From assembly GCA_043228905.1 (NCBI GenBank), contig JBHGNT010000066.1, positions 1-64,000 on the forward strand: a stretch of 64,000 nt of DNA, given 5' to 3'. The DNA is from Azolla caroliniana. Its lineage: Eukaryota > Plantae > Polypodiophyta. Under the pieces are notes generated by a model that did not search any database, was not told the origin of the DNA, and saw only the letters and a list, made by a program, of their open reading frames with translations. The translations under genes and the position numbers were made by a program. This document shows, one piece after another, positions 27,001-41,500 of the stretch (positions are counted from its first letter, which is position 1; every line of letters starts with the position of its first letter).

Positions 27001-30000
27001 GAAGCTAACAACGCTAGCTATGCTATGGAATTAAAAAATCAAGATTTTGAAACTCAGGTCGAGAGACATGACGAAATTAGCAAACATGAGGAGGGAGTTG
27101 GAAGAGCTAGTAGGTAAATTAAAATGTTCATACCTGGCGAGTGTGATATCGGATTTTTGTGTTCAAACATGCGAATCGAAGCTAACAACGCTAGCTATGC
27201 TATGGAATTAAAAAATCAAGATTTTGAAACTCAGGTCGAGAGACATGACGAAATTACAAAAGTTGAAGAATGAGGTTGGAAGAGCTAGTAGGTAAATTAA
27301 AATGTTCATACCTGGCGAGTGTGATATCGGATTTTTGTGTTCAAACATGCGAATCGAAGCTAACAACGCTAGCTATGCTATGGAATTAAAAAATCAAGAT
27401 TTTGAAACTCAGGTCGAGAGACATGACGAAATTACAAAAGTTGAAGAATGAGGTTGGAAGAGCTAGTAGGTAAATTAAAATGTTCATACCTAGCGAGTGT
27501 GATATCGGATTTTTGTGTACAAACATGCGAATCGAAGCTAACAACGCTAGCTATGATATAGAATTAAAAAATCAAGATTTTGAAACTCAGTTCGAGAGAC
27601 ATGACGAAATTAGTAAACATGAGGGGTGAGTTGGAAGAGCTAGTAGGTAAATTAAAATGTTCATAGCTAGCGAGTGTGATATCGGATTTTTGTGTTCAAA
27701 CATGCGAATCGAAGCTAACAACGCTAGCTATGATATGGAATTAAAAAATCAAGATTTTGAAACTCAGGTCGAGAGACATGACGAAATTAGCAAACATGAG
27801 GAGGGAGTTGGAAGAGCTAGGAGGTAAATTAAAATGTTCATACCTGGCGAGTGTGATATCGGATTTTTGTGTACAAATATGCGAATCGAAGCTAACAACG
27901 CTAGCTATGATATGGAATTAACAAATCAAGATTTTGACACTCAGGTCGAGAGAGATGATGAAATTAGCAAACATGAGGAGGGAGTTCAGAGGAACCATTG
28001 AGTGAATTAAAATGTTCATACCTGGCTCATGTGATATCGGATTTTTGTGTTCCAACATGCGAATCGAAGCTAACAACGCTAGCTATGATATGGAATTCAA
28101 AAATCAAGATTTTGAAACTCAGGTCGAGAGACATGACGAAAATACCAAATTTGAGGAGTGAGTTGAGAGGAGCCCTTGAGTAAATTAAAATGTTCATACC
28201 TAGCGAGTGTGATATCGGATTTTTGTGTTCAAACATGCGATTCGAAGCTAACAACGCTAGCTATGATATGGAATTTAAAAATCAAGATTTTGAAACTCAG
28301 GTCGAGAGACATGACGAAATTACAAAATTTGAGGAATGAGGTTGGAAGAGCTAGTAGGTAAATTAAAATGTTCATACCTAGCGAGTGTGATATCGGATTT
28401 TTGTGTACAAACATGCGAATCGAAGCTAACAACGCTAGCTATGATATAGAATTAAAAAATCAAGATTTTGAAACTCAGGTCGAGAGACATGACGAAATTA
28501 GCAAACATGAGGAGTGAGTTGGAAGAGCTAGTAGGTAAATTAAAATGTTCATACCTGGCGAGTGTGATATCGGATTTTTGTGTTCAAACATGCGAATCGA
28601 AGCTAACAACGCTAGCTATGATATGGAATATGGAATTAAAAAATCAAAATTTTGAAACTCAGGTCGAGAGACATGACGAAATTAGCAAACATGAGGAGTG
28701 AGTTGGAAGAGCTAGTAGGTAAATTAAAATGTTCATACCTGGCGAGTGTGATATCGGATTTTTGTGTTCAAACATGCGAATCGAAGCTAACAACGCTAGC
28801 TATGCTATGGAATTAAAAAATCAAGATTTTGAAACTCAGGTCGAGAGACATGACGAAATTAGCAAACATGAGGAGGGAGTTGGAAGAGCTAGTAGGTAAA
28901 TTAAAATGTTCATACCTGGCGAGTGTGATATCGGATTTTTGTGTACAAATATGCGAATCGAAGCTAACAACGCTAGCTATGATATGGAATTAACAAATCA
29001 AGATTTTGAAACTCAGGTCGAGAGAGATGATGAAATTAGCAAACTTGAGGAGTGAGTTGAAAGGAGCCCTTCAGTAAATTAAAATGTTCATACATGGCTC
29101 GTGTGATATCGGATTTTTGTGTACAAACATGCGAATCGAAGCTAACAACGCTAGCTATGATATGGAATTAAAAAATCAAGATTTTGAAACTCAGGTCGAG
29201 AGACATGAAGAAATTAGCAAACTTGAGGAGTGAGTTTAGAGGAGCCCTTGAGTAAATTAAAATGTTCATACCTGGCGAGTGTGATATCGGATTTTTGTGT
29301 TCCAACATGCGAATCGAAGCTAACAACGCTAGCTATGATATGGAATTCAAAAATCAAGATTTTGAAACTCAGGTCGAGAGACATGACGAAATTACAAAAT
29401 TTGAGGAGTGAGGTTGGAAGAGCTACTAGGTAAATTAAAATATTCATACCTAGCGAGTGTGATATCGGATTTTTGTGTACAAACATGCGAATCGAAGCTA
29501 ACAACGCTAGCTATGATATAGAATTAAAAAATCAAGATTTTGAAACTCAGGTCGAGAGACATGACGAAATTAGCAAACATGAGGAGGGAGTTTAGAGGAA
29601 CCATTGAGTGAATTAAAATGTTCATACCTGGCTCGTGTGATATCGGATTTTTGTGTTCCAACATGCGAATCGAAGCTATCAACTCTAGCTATGATATGGA
29701 ATTAACAAATCAAGATATTGAAACTCAGGTCGAGAGAGATGATGAAATTAGCAAACATGAGGAGGGAGTTTAGAGGAACCATTGAGTGAATTAAAATGTT
29801 CATACCTGGCTCGTGTGATATCGGATTTTTGTGTTCCAACATGCGAATCGAAGCTAACAACGCTAGCTATGATATGGAATTCAAAAATCAAGATTTTGAA
29901 ACTCAGGTCGAGAGACATGACGAAATTACCAAATTTGAGGAGTGAGGTTGGAAGAGCTAGTAGGTAAATTAAAATGTTCATACCTAGCGAGTGTGATATC

Positions 30001-33000
30001 GGATTTTTGTGTACAAACATGCGAATCGAAGCTAACAACGCTAGCTATGATATAGAATTAAAAAATCAAGATTTTGAAACTCAGGTCGAGAGACATGACG
30101 AAATTACCAAACATGAGGAGTGAGTTGGAAGAGCTAGTAGGTAAATTAAAATGTTCATACCTGGCGAGTGTGATATCGGATTTTTGTGTACAAATATGCG
30201 AATCGAAGCTAACAACGCTAGCTATGATATGGAATTAAAAAATCAAGATTTTGAAACTCAGGTCGAGAGACATGACGAACTTAGCAAACATGATGAGTGA
30301 GTTGAGAGGAGCCCTTGAGTAAATTAAAATGTTCATACCTAGCGAGTGTGATATCGGCTTTTTGTGTACAAATATGCGAATCGAAGCTAACAACGCTAGC
30401 TATGATATGGAATTCAAAAATCAAGATTTTGAAACTCAAGTCGAGAGACATGACGAAATTACCAAATTTGAGGAGTGAGTTGAGAGGAGCCCTTGAGTAA
30501 ATTAAAATGTTCATACCTGGCGAGTGTGATATCGGATTTTTGTGTACAAACATGCGAATCGAAGCTAACAACGCTAGCTATGATATGGAATTTAAAAATC
30601 AAGATTTTGAAACTCAGGTCGAGAGACATGACGAAATTAGCAAACATGAGGAGGGAGTTCAGAGGAACCATTGAGTAAATTAAAATGTTCATACCTGGCT
30701 CGTGTGATATCGGATTTTTGTGTTCAAACATGCGAATCGAAGCTAACAACGCTAGCTATGATATGGAATTAACAAATCAAGATTTTGAATCTCAGGTCGA
30801 GAGACATGACAAAATTAGCAAACATGAGGATTCAGTTGAGAGGAGCCCTTGAGTAAATTAAAATGTTCATACCTAGCGAGTGTGATATCGGATTTCTGTG
30901 TTCAAACATGCGAATCGAAGCTAACAACGCTAGCTATGATATGGAATTAACAAATCAAGATATTAAAACTCAGGTCGAGAGACATGACGAACTTAGCAAA
31001 CATGAGGAGTGAGTTGAGAGGAGCCCTTGAGTAAATTAAAATGTTCATACCTAGCGAGTGTGATATCGGATTTCTGTGTTCAAACATGCGAATCGAAGCT
31101 AACAACGCTAGCTATGATATGGAATTCAAAAATCAAGATTTTGAAACTCAGGTCGAGAGACATGACGAAATTACCAAATTTCAGGAGTGAGTTGAGAGGA
31201 GCCCTTGAGTAAATTAAAATGTTCATACCTGGCGAGTGTGATATCGGATTTTTGTGTTCAAACATGCGAATCGAAGCTAACAACGCTAGCTATGATATGG
31301 TATTTAAAAATCAAGATTTTGAAACTCAGGTCGAGAGACATGACGAAATTAGCAAACATGAGGAGGGAGTTCAGAGGAACCATTGAGTAAATTAAAATGT
31401 TCATACCTGGCTCGTGTGATATCAGATTTTTGTGTTCAAACATGCGAATCGAAGCTAACAACGCTAGCTATGATATGGAATTAACAAATCAAAATTTTGA
31501 AACTCAGGTCGAGAGACATGACGAAAATACCAAATTTGAGGAGTGAGGTTGGAAGAGCTAGTAGGTAAATTAAAATGTTCATACCTGGCGAGTGTGATAT
31601 CGGATTTTTGTGTTCAAACATGCGAATCGAAGCTAACAACGCTAGCTATGATATGGAATTAAAAAATGAAGATTTTGACACTCAGGTCGAGAGAGATGAT
31701 GAAATTAGCAAACATGAGGAGGGAGTTCAGAGGAACCATTGAGTGAATTAAAATGTTCATACCTGGCTCATGTGATATCGGATTTTTTTGTTCCAACATG
31801 CGAATCGAAGCTAACAATGCTAGCTATGATATGAATTCAAAAATCAAGATTTTGAAACTCAGGTCGAGAGACATGACGAAAATACCAAATTTGAGGAGTG
31901 AGTTGAGAGGAGCCCTTGAGTAAATTAAAATGTTCATACCTAGCGAGTGTGATATCGGATTTTTGTGTTCAAACATGCGATTCGAAGCTAACAACGCTAG
32001 CTATGCTATGGAATTAAAAAATCAAGATTTTGAAACTCAGGTCGAGAGACATGACGAAATTAGCAAACATGAGGAGGGAGTTGGAAGAGCTAGTAGGTAA
32101 ATTAAAATGTTCATACCTGGCGAGTGTGATATCGGATTTTTGTGTTCAAACATGCGAATCGAAGCTAACAACGCTAGCTATGATATAGAATTAAAAAATC
32201 AAGATTTTGAAACTCAGTTCGAGAGACATGACGAAATTAGTAAACATGAGGGGTGAGTTGGAAGAGCTAGTAGGTAAATTAAAATGTTCATAGCTAGCGA
32301 GTGTGATATCGGATTTTTGTGTTCAAACATGCGAATCGAAGCTAACAACGCTAGCTATGATATGGAATTAAAAAATCAAGATTTTGAAACTCAGGTCGAG
32401 AGACATGACGAAATTAGCAAACATGAGGAGGGAGTTGGAAGAGCTAGGAGGTAAATTAAAATGTTCATACCTGGCGAGTGTGATATCGGATTTTTGTGTA
32501 CAAATATGCGAATCGAAGCTAACAACGCTAGCTATGATATGGAATTAACAAATCAAGATTTTGACACTCAGGTCGAGAGAGATGATGAAATTAGCAAACA
32601 TGAGGAGGGAGTTCAGAGGAACCATTGAGTGAATTAAAATGTTCATACCTGGCTCATGTGATATCGGATTTTTGTGTTCCAACATGCGAATCGAAGCTAA
32701 CAACGCTAGCTATGATATGGAATTCAAAAATCAAGATTTTGAAACTCAGGTCGAGAGACATGACGAAAATACCAAATTTGAGGAGTGAGTTGAGAGGAGC
32801 CCTTGAGTAAATTAAAATGTTCATACCTAGCGAGTGTGATATCGGATTTTTGTGTTCAAACATGCGATTCGAAGCTAACAACGCTAGCTATGATATGGAA
32901 TTTAAAAATCAAGATTTTGAAACTCAGGTCGAGAGACATGACGAAATTACAAAATTTGAGGAATGAGGTTGGAAGAGCTAGTAGGTAAATTAAAATGTTC

Positions 33001-33613
33001 ATACCTAGCGAGTGTGATATCGGATTTTTGTGTACAAACATGCGAATCGAAGCTAACAACGCTAGCTATGATATAGAATTAAAAAATCAAGATTTTGAAA
33101 CTCAGGTCGAGAGACATGACGAAATTAGCAAACATGAGGAGTGAGTTGGAAGAGCTAGTAGGTAAATTAAAATGTTCATACCTGGCGAGTGTGATATCGG
33201 ATTTTTGTGTTCAAACATGCGAATCGAAGCTAACAACGCTAGCTATGATATGGAATTAAAAAATCAAAATTTTGAAACTCAGGTCGAGAGACATGACGAA
33301 ATTAGCAAACATGAGGAGTGAGTTGGAAGAGCTAGTAGGTAAATTAAAATGTTCATACCTGGCGAGTGTGATATCGGATTTTTGTGTTCAAACATGCGAA
33401 TCGAAGCTAACAACGCTAGCTATGCTATGGAATTAAAAAATCAAGATTTTGAAACTCAGGTCGAGAGACATGACGAAATTAGCAAACATGAGGAGGGAGT
33501 TGGAAGAGCTAGTAGGTAAATTAAAATGTTCATACCTGGCGAGTGTGATATCGGATTTTTGTGTACAAATATGCGAATCGAAGCTAACAACGCTAGCTAT
33601 GATATGGAATTAA
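23886..33613. repeat. 28-monomer tandem duplication (4983-bp period); second copy is 26 monomers (offset falls to 4627 then 4620)
   Basis: ORF pairs 24231/29214, 24799/29782, 25332/30315, 26222/31205 (+4983), then 27998/32625 (+4627 = minus 2 monomers). Lines 28681 and 33301 are identical (+4620 = minus a further 7 bp). SNP 24765 C vs 29748 T. Confidence 0.92.
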
Positions 33614-36600
33614 AAAATCAAGATTTTGAAACTCCGGTCGAGAGACATGACGAAATTAGCAAACATGAGGAGTGAGTTGGAAGAGCTAGTAGGTAAATTA
33701 AAATGTTCATACCTGGCGAGTGTGATATCGGATTTTTGTGTTCAAACATGCGAATCGAAGCTAACAACGCTAGCTATGATATGGAATTAAAAAATCAAGA
33801 TTTTGAAACTCAGGTCGAGAGACATGACGAAATTAGCAAACATGAGGAGGGAGTTGGAAGAGCTAGGAGGTAAATTAAAATGTTCATACCTGGCGAGTGT
33901 GATATCGGATTTTTGTGTACAAATATGCGAATCGAAGCTAACAACGCTAGCTATGATATGGAATTAACAAATCAAGATTTTGACACTCAGGTCGAGAGAG
34001 ATGATGAAATTAGCAAACATGAGGAGGGAGTTCAGAGGAACCATTGAGTGAATTAAAATGTTCATACCTGGCTCATGTGATATCGGATTTTTGTGTTCCA
34101 ACATGCGAATCGAAGCTAACAACGCTAGCTATGATATGGAATTCAAAAATCAAGATTTTGAAACTCAGGTCGAGAGACATGACGAAAATACCAAATTTGA
34201 GGAGTGAGTTGAGAGGAGCCCTTGAGTAAATTAAAATGTTCATACCTAGCGAGTGTGATATCGGATTTTTGTGTTCAAACATGCGATTCGAAGCTAACAA
34301 CGCTAGCTATGATATGGAATTCAAAAATCAAGATTTTGAAACTCAGGTCGAGAGACATGACGAAATTACAAAATTTGAGGAATGAGGTTGGAAGAGCTAG
34401 TAGGTAAATTAAAATGTTCATACCTAGCGAGTGTGATATCGGATTTTTGTGTACAAACATGCGAATCGAAGCTAACAACGCTAGCTATGATATAGAATTA
34501 AAAAATCAAGATTTTGAAACTCAGGTCGAGAGACATGACGAAATTAGCAAACATGAGCAGTGAGTTGGAAGAGCTAGTAGGTAAATTAAAATGTTCATAC
34601 CTGGCGAGTGTGATATCGGATTTTTGTGTTCAAACATGCGAATCGAAGCTAACAACGCTAGCTATAATATGGAATTAAAAAATCAAAATTTTGAAACTCA
34701 GGTCGAGAGACATGACGAAATTAGCAAACATGAGGAGTGAGTTGGAAGAGCTAGTAGGTAAATTAAAATGTTCATACCTGGCGAGTGTGATATCGGATTT
34801 TTGTGTTCAAACATGCGAATCGAAGCTAACAACGCTAGCTATGCTATGGAATTAAAAAATCCAGATTTTGAAACTCAGGTCGAGAGACATGACGAAATTA
34901 GCAAACATGAGGAGGGAGTTGGAAGAGCTAGTAGGTAAATTAAAATGTTCATACCTGGCGAGTGTGATATCGGATTTTTGTGTACAAATATGCGAATCGA
35001 AGCTAACAACGCTAGCTATGATATGGAATTAACAAATCAAGATTTTGAAACTCAGGTCGAGAGAGATGATGAAATTAGCAAACTTGAGGAGTGAGTTGAG
35101 AGGAGCCCTTCAGTAAATTAAAATGTTCATACATGGCTCGTGTGATATCGGATTTTTGTGTACAAACATGCGAATCGAAGCTAACAACGCTAGCTATGAT
35201 ATGGAATTAAAAAATCAAGATTTTGAAACTCAGGTCGAGAGACCTGAAGAAATTAGCAAACTTGAGGAGTGAGTTTAGAGGAGCCCTTGAGTAAATTAAA
35301 ATGTTCATACCTGGCGAGTGTTATATCGGATTTTTTTGTACAAACATGCGAATCGAAGCTAACAACGCTAGCTATGATATGGAATTAAAAAATCAAGATT
35401 ATGAAACTCAGGTCGAGACACATGAAGAAATTAGCAAACATGAGGAGTGAGTTGAGACGAGCCCTTGAGTAAATTAAAATGTTCATACCTAGCGATTGTG
35501 ATATCGGATTTTTTTGTACAAACATGCGAATCGAAGCTAACAACGCTAGCTATGATATGGAATTAACAAATCAAGATTTTGAAACTCAGGTCGAGAGACA
35601 TGACGAAATTAGCAAACATGAGGATTCAGTTGAGAGGAGCCCTTGACTAAATTAAAATGTTCATACCTAGCGAGTGTGATATCGGATTTTTGTGTACAAA
35701 CATGCGATTCGAAGCTAGCAACGCTAGCTATGATATGGAATTAAAAAATCAAGATTTTGAAACTCAGGTCGAGAGACATCACGAAATTACCAAATTTGAG
35801 GATTGAGTTGAGAGGAGCCCTTGAGTAAATTAAAATGTTCATACCTGGCTCGTGTGATATCAGATTTTTGTGTTCAAACATGCGAATCGAAGCTAACACA
35901 ACTAGCTATGATATGGAATTAACAAATCAAAATTTTGAAACTCAGGTCGAGAGACATGACGAAATTACCAAATTTGAGGAGTGAGGTTGGAAGAGCTAGT
36001 AGGTAAATTAAAATGTTCATACCTGGCGAGTGTGATATCGGATTTTTGTGTTCAAACATGCGAATCGAAGCTAACAACGCTAGCTATGATATGGAATTAA
36101 AAAATCAAGATTTTGACACTCAGGTCGAGAGAGATGATGAAATTAGCAAACATGAGGAGGGTGTTCAGAGGAACCATTGAGTGAATTAAAATGTTCATAC
36201 CTGGCTCATGTGATATCGGATTTTTGTGTTCCAACATGCGAATCGAAGCTAACAACACTAGCTATGATATGGAATTCAAAAATCAAGATTTTGAAACTCA
36301 GGTCGAGAGACATGACGAAAATACCAAATTTGAGGAGTGAGTTGAGAGGAGCCCTTGAGTAAATTAAAATGTTCATACCTAGCGAGTGTGATATCGGATT
36401 TTTGTGTTCAAACATGCGATTCGAAGCTAACAACGCTAGCTATGATATGGAATTCAAAAATCAAGATTTTGAAACTCAGGTCGAGAGACATGACGAAATT
36501 ACAAAATTTGAGGAATGAGGTTGGAAGAGCTAGTAGGTAAATTAAAATGTTCATACCTAGCGAGTGTGATATCGGATTTTTGTGTACAAACATGCGATTC

Positions 36601-38549
36601 GAAGCTAACAACGCTAGCTATGATATGGAATTCAAAAATCAAGATTTTGAAACTCAGGTCGAGAGACATGACGAAATTACAAAATTTGAGGAATGAGGTT
36701 GGAAGAGCTAGTAGGTAAATTAAAATGTTCATACCTAGCGAGTGTGATATCGGATTTTTGTGTACAAACATGCGAATCGAAGCTAACAACGCTAGCTATG
36801 ATATAGAATTAAAAAATCAAGATTTTGAAACTCAGGTCGAGAGACATGACGAAATTAGCAAACATGAGGAGTGAGTTGGAAGAGCTAGTAGGTAAATTAA
36901 AATGTTCATACCTGGCGAGTGTGATATCGGATTTTTGTGTTCAAACATGCGAATCGAAGCTAACAACGCTAGCTATGATATGGAATTAAAAAATCAAGAT
37001 TTTGAAACTCAGGTCGAGAGACATGACGAAATTAGCAAACATGAGGAGGGAGTTGGAAGAGCTAGGAGGTAAATTAAAATGTTCATACCTGGCGAGTGTG
37101 ATATCGGATTTTTCTGTACAAATATGCGAATCGAAGCTAACAACGCTAGCTATGATATGGAATTAACAAATCAAGATTTTGACACTCAGGTCGAGAGAGA
37201 TGATGAAATTAGCAAACATGAGGAGGGAGTTCAGAGGAACCATTGAGTGAATTAAAATGTTCATACCTGGCTCATGTGATATCGGATTTTTGTGTTCCAA
37301 CATGCGAATCGAAGCTAACAACGCTAGCTATGATATGGAATTCAAAAATCAAGATTTTGAAACTCAGGTCGAGAGACATGACGAAAATACCAAATTTGAG
37401 GAGTGAGTTGAGAGGAGCCCTTGAGTAAATTAAAATGTTCATACCTGGCTCATGTGATATCGGATTTTTGTGTTCCAACATGCGAATCGAAGCTAACAAC
37501 GCTAGCTATGATATGGAATTCAAAAATCAAGATTTTGAAACTCAGGTCGAGAGACATGACGAAAATACCAAATTTGAGGAGTGAGTTGAGAGGAGCCCTT
37601 GAGTAAATTAAAATGTTCATACCTAGCGAGTGTGATATCGGATTTTTGTGTTCAAACATGCGATTCGAAGCTAACAACGCTAGCTATGATATGGAATTCA
37701 AAAATCAAGATTTTGAAACTCAGGTCGAGAGACATGACGAAATTACAAAATTTGAGGAATGAGGTTGGAAGAGCTAGTAGGTAAATTAAAATGTTTATAC
37801 CTAGCGAGTGTGATATCGGATTTTTGTGTACAAACATGCGAATCGAAGCTAACAACGCTAGCTATGATATAGAATTAAAAAATCAAGATTTTGAAACTCA
37901 GGTCGAGAGACATGACGAAATTAGCAAACATGAGGAGTGAGTTGGAAGAGCTAGTAGGTAAATTAAAATGTTCATACCTGGCGAGTGTGATATCGGATTT
38001 TTGTGTTCAAACATGCGAATCGAAGCTAACAACGCTAGCTATGATATGGAATTAAAAAATCAAAATTTTGAAAAAATGGGTCGAGGGACATGACGAAATT
38101 AGCAAACATGAGGAGTGAGTTGGAAGAGCTAGTAGGTAAATTAAAATGTTCATACCTGGCGAGTGTGATATCGGATTTTTGTGTTCAAACATGCGAATCG
38201 AAGCTAACAACGCTAGCTATGCTATGGAATTAAAAAATCAAGATTTTGAAACTCAGGTCGAGAGACATGACGAAATTAGCAAACATGAGGAGGGAGTTGG
38301 AAGAGCTAGTAGGTAAATTAAAATGTTCATACCTGGCGAGTGTGATATCGGATTTTTGTGTACAAATATGCGAATCGAAGCTAACAACGCTAGCTATGAT
38401 ATGGAATTAACAAATCAAGATTTTGACACTCAGGTCGAGAGAGATGATGAAATTAGCAAACATGAGGAGGGAGTTCAGAGGAACCATTGAGTGAATTAAA
38501 ATGTTCATACCTGGCTCATGTGATATCGGATTTTTGTGTTCCAACATGC

Positions 38550-41500
38550 GAATCGAAGCTAACAACGCTAGCTATGATATGGAATTCAAAAATCAAGATT
38601 TTGAAACTCAGGTCAAGAGACATGACGAAAATACCAAATTTGAGGAGTCAGTTGAGAGGAGCCCTTGAGTAAATTAAAATGTTCATACGTAGCGAGTGTG
38701 ATATCGGATTTTTGTGTTCAAACATGCGATTCGAAGCTAACAACGCTAGCTATGATATGGAATTAACAAATCAAGATTTTGAAACTCAGGTCGAGAGACA
38801 TGACGAAATTACAAAATTTGAGGAATGAGGTTGGAAGAGCTAGTAGGTAAATTAAAATGTTCATACCTAGCGAGTGTGATATCGGATTTTTGTGTACAAA
38901 CATGCGAATCGAAGCTAACAACGCTAGCTATGATATAGAATTAAAAAATCAAGATTTTGAAACTCAGGTCGAGAGACATGACGAAATTAGCAAACATGAG
39001 GAGTGAGTTGGAAGAGCTAGTAGGTAAATTAAAATGTTCATACCTGGCGAGTGTGATATCGGATTTTTGTGTTCAAACATGCGAATCGAAGCTAACAACG
39101 CTAGCTATGATATGGAATATGGAATTAAAAAATCAAGATTTTGAAACTCAGGTCGAGAGACATGACGAAATTAGCAAACATGAGGAGTGAGTTGGAAGAG
39201 CTAGTAGGTAAATTAAAATGTTCATACCTGGCGAGTGTGATATCGGATTTTTGTGTTCAAACATGCGAATCGAAGCTAACAACGCTAGCTATGCTATGGA
39301 ATTAAAAAATCAAGATTTTGAAACTCAGGTCGAGAGACATGACGAAATTAGCAAACATGAGGAGGGAGTTGGAAGAGCTAGTAGGTAAATTAAAATGTTC
39401 ATACCTGGCGAGTGTGATATCGGATTTTTGTGTACAAATATGCGAATCGAAGCTAACAACGCTAGCTATGCTATGGAATTAACAAATCAAGATTTTGAAA
39501 CTCAGGTCGAGAGAGATGAGGAAATTAGCAAACTTGAGGAGTGAGTTGAGAGGAGCCCTTCAGTAAATTAAAATGTTCATACATGGCTCGTGTGATATCG
39601 GATTTTTGTGTACAAACATGCGAATCGAAGCTAACAACGCTAGCTATGATATGGAATTAAAAAATCAAGATTTTGAAACTCAGGTCGAGAGACATGAAGA
39701 AATTAGCAAACTTGAGGAGTGAGTTTAGAGGAGCCCTTGAGTAAATTAAAATGTTCATACCTGGCGAGTGTTATATCGGATTTTTTTGTACAAACATGCG
39801 AATCGAAGCTAACAACGCTAGCTATGATATGGAATTCAAAAATCAAGATTTTGAAACTCAGGTCGAGAGACATGACGAAAATACCAAATTTGAGGAGTCA
39901 GTTGAGAGGAGCCCTTGAGTAAATTAAAATGTTCATACGTAGCGAGTGTGATATCGGATTTTTGTGTTCAAACATGCGATTCGAAGCTAACAACGCTAGC
40001 TATGATATGGAATTAACAAATCAAGATTTTGAAACTCAGGTCGAGAGACATGACGAAATTACAAAATTTGAGGAATGAGGTTGGAAGAGCTAGTAGGTAA
40101 ATTAAAATGTTCATACCTAGCGAGTGTGATATCGGATTTTTGTGTACAAACATGCGAATCGAAGCTAACAACGCTAGCTATGATATAGAATTAAAAAATC
40201 AAGATTTTGAAACTCAGGTCGAGAGACATGACGAAATTAGCAAACATGAGGAGTGAGTTGGAAGAGCTAGTAGGTAAATTAAAATGTTCATACCTGGCGA
40301 GTGTGATATCGGATTTTTGTGTTCAAACATGCGAATCGAAGCTAACAACGCTAGCTATGATATGGAATATGGAATTAAAAAATCAAGATTTTGAAACTCA
40401 GGTCGAGAGACATGACGAAATTAGCAAACATGAGGAGTGAGTTGGAAGAGCTAGTAGGTAAATTAAAATGTTCATACCTGGCGAGTGTGATATCGGATTT
40501 TTGTGTTCAAACATGCGAATCGAAGCTAACAACGCTAGCTATGCTATGGAATTAAAAAATCAAGATTTTGAAACTCAGGTCGAGAGACATGACGAAATTA
40601 GCAAACATGAGGAGGGAGTTGGAAGAGCTAGTAGGTAAATTAAAATGTTCATACCTGGCGAGTGTGATATCGGATTTTTGTGTACAAATATGCGAATCGA
40701 AGCTAACAACGCTAGCTATGCTATGGAATTAACAAATCAAGATTTTGAAACTCAGGTCGAGAGAGATGAGGAAATTAGCAAACTTGAGGAGTGAGTTGAG
40801 AGGAGCCCTTCAGTAAATTAAAATGTTCATACATGGCTCGTGTGATATCGGATTTTTGTGTACAAACATGCGAATCGAAGCTAACAACGCTAGCTATGAT
40901 ATGGAATTAAAAAATCAAGATTTTGAAACTCAGGTCGAGAGACATGAAGAAATTAGCAAACTTGAGGAGTGAGTTTAGAGGAGCCCTTGAGTAAATTAAA
41001 ATGTTCATATCTGGCGAGTGTTATATCGGATTTTTTTGTACAAACATGCGAATCGAAGCTAACAACGCTAGCTATGATATGGAATTTAAAAATCAAGATT
41101 ATGAAACTCAGGTCGAGACACATGAAGAAATTAGCAAACATGAGGAGTGAGTTGAGACGAGCCCTTGAGTAAATTAAAATGTTCATACCTAGCGAGTGTG
41201 ATATCGGATTTTTGTGTTCAAACATGCGAATCGAAGCTAACAACGCTAGCTATGATATGGAATTAAAAAATCAAGATTTTGACACTCAGGTCGAGAGAGA
41301 TGATGAAATTAGCAAACATGAGGAGGGTGTTCAGAGGAACCATTGAGTGAATTAAAATGTTCATACCTGGCTCATGTGGTATCGGATTTTTGTGTTCCAA
41401 CATGCGAATCGAAGCTAACAACGCTAGCTATGATATGGAATTCAAAAATCAAGATTTTGAAACTCAGGTCAAGAGACATGACGAAAATACCAAATTTGAG

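Noticed and set aside
28621-28634. 7-bp duplication as a transposon excision footprint or target-site duplication
   Set aside because: No element, terminal repeat or filler sequence is present anywhere in the window. Slippage or conversion explains it more simply, though a footprint cannot be formally excluded.
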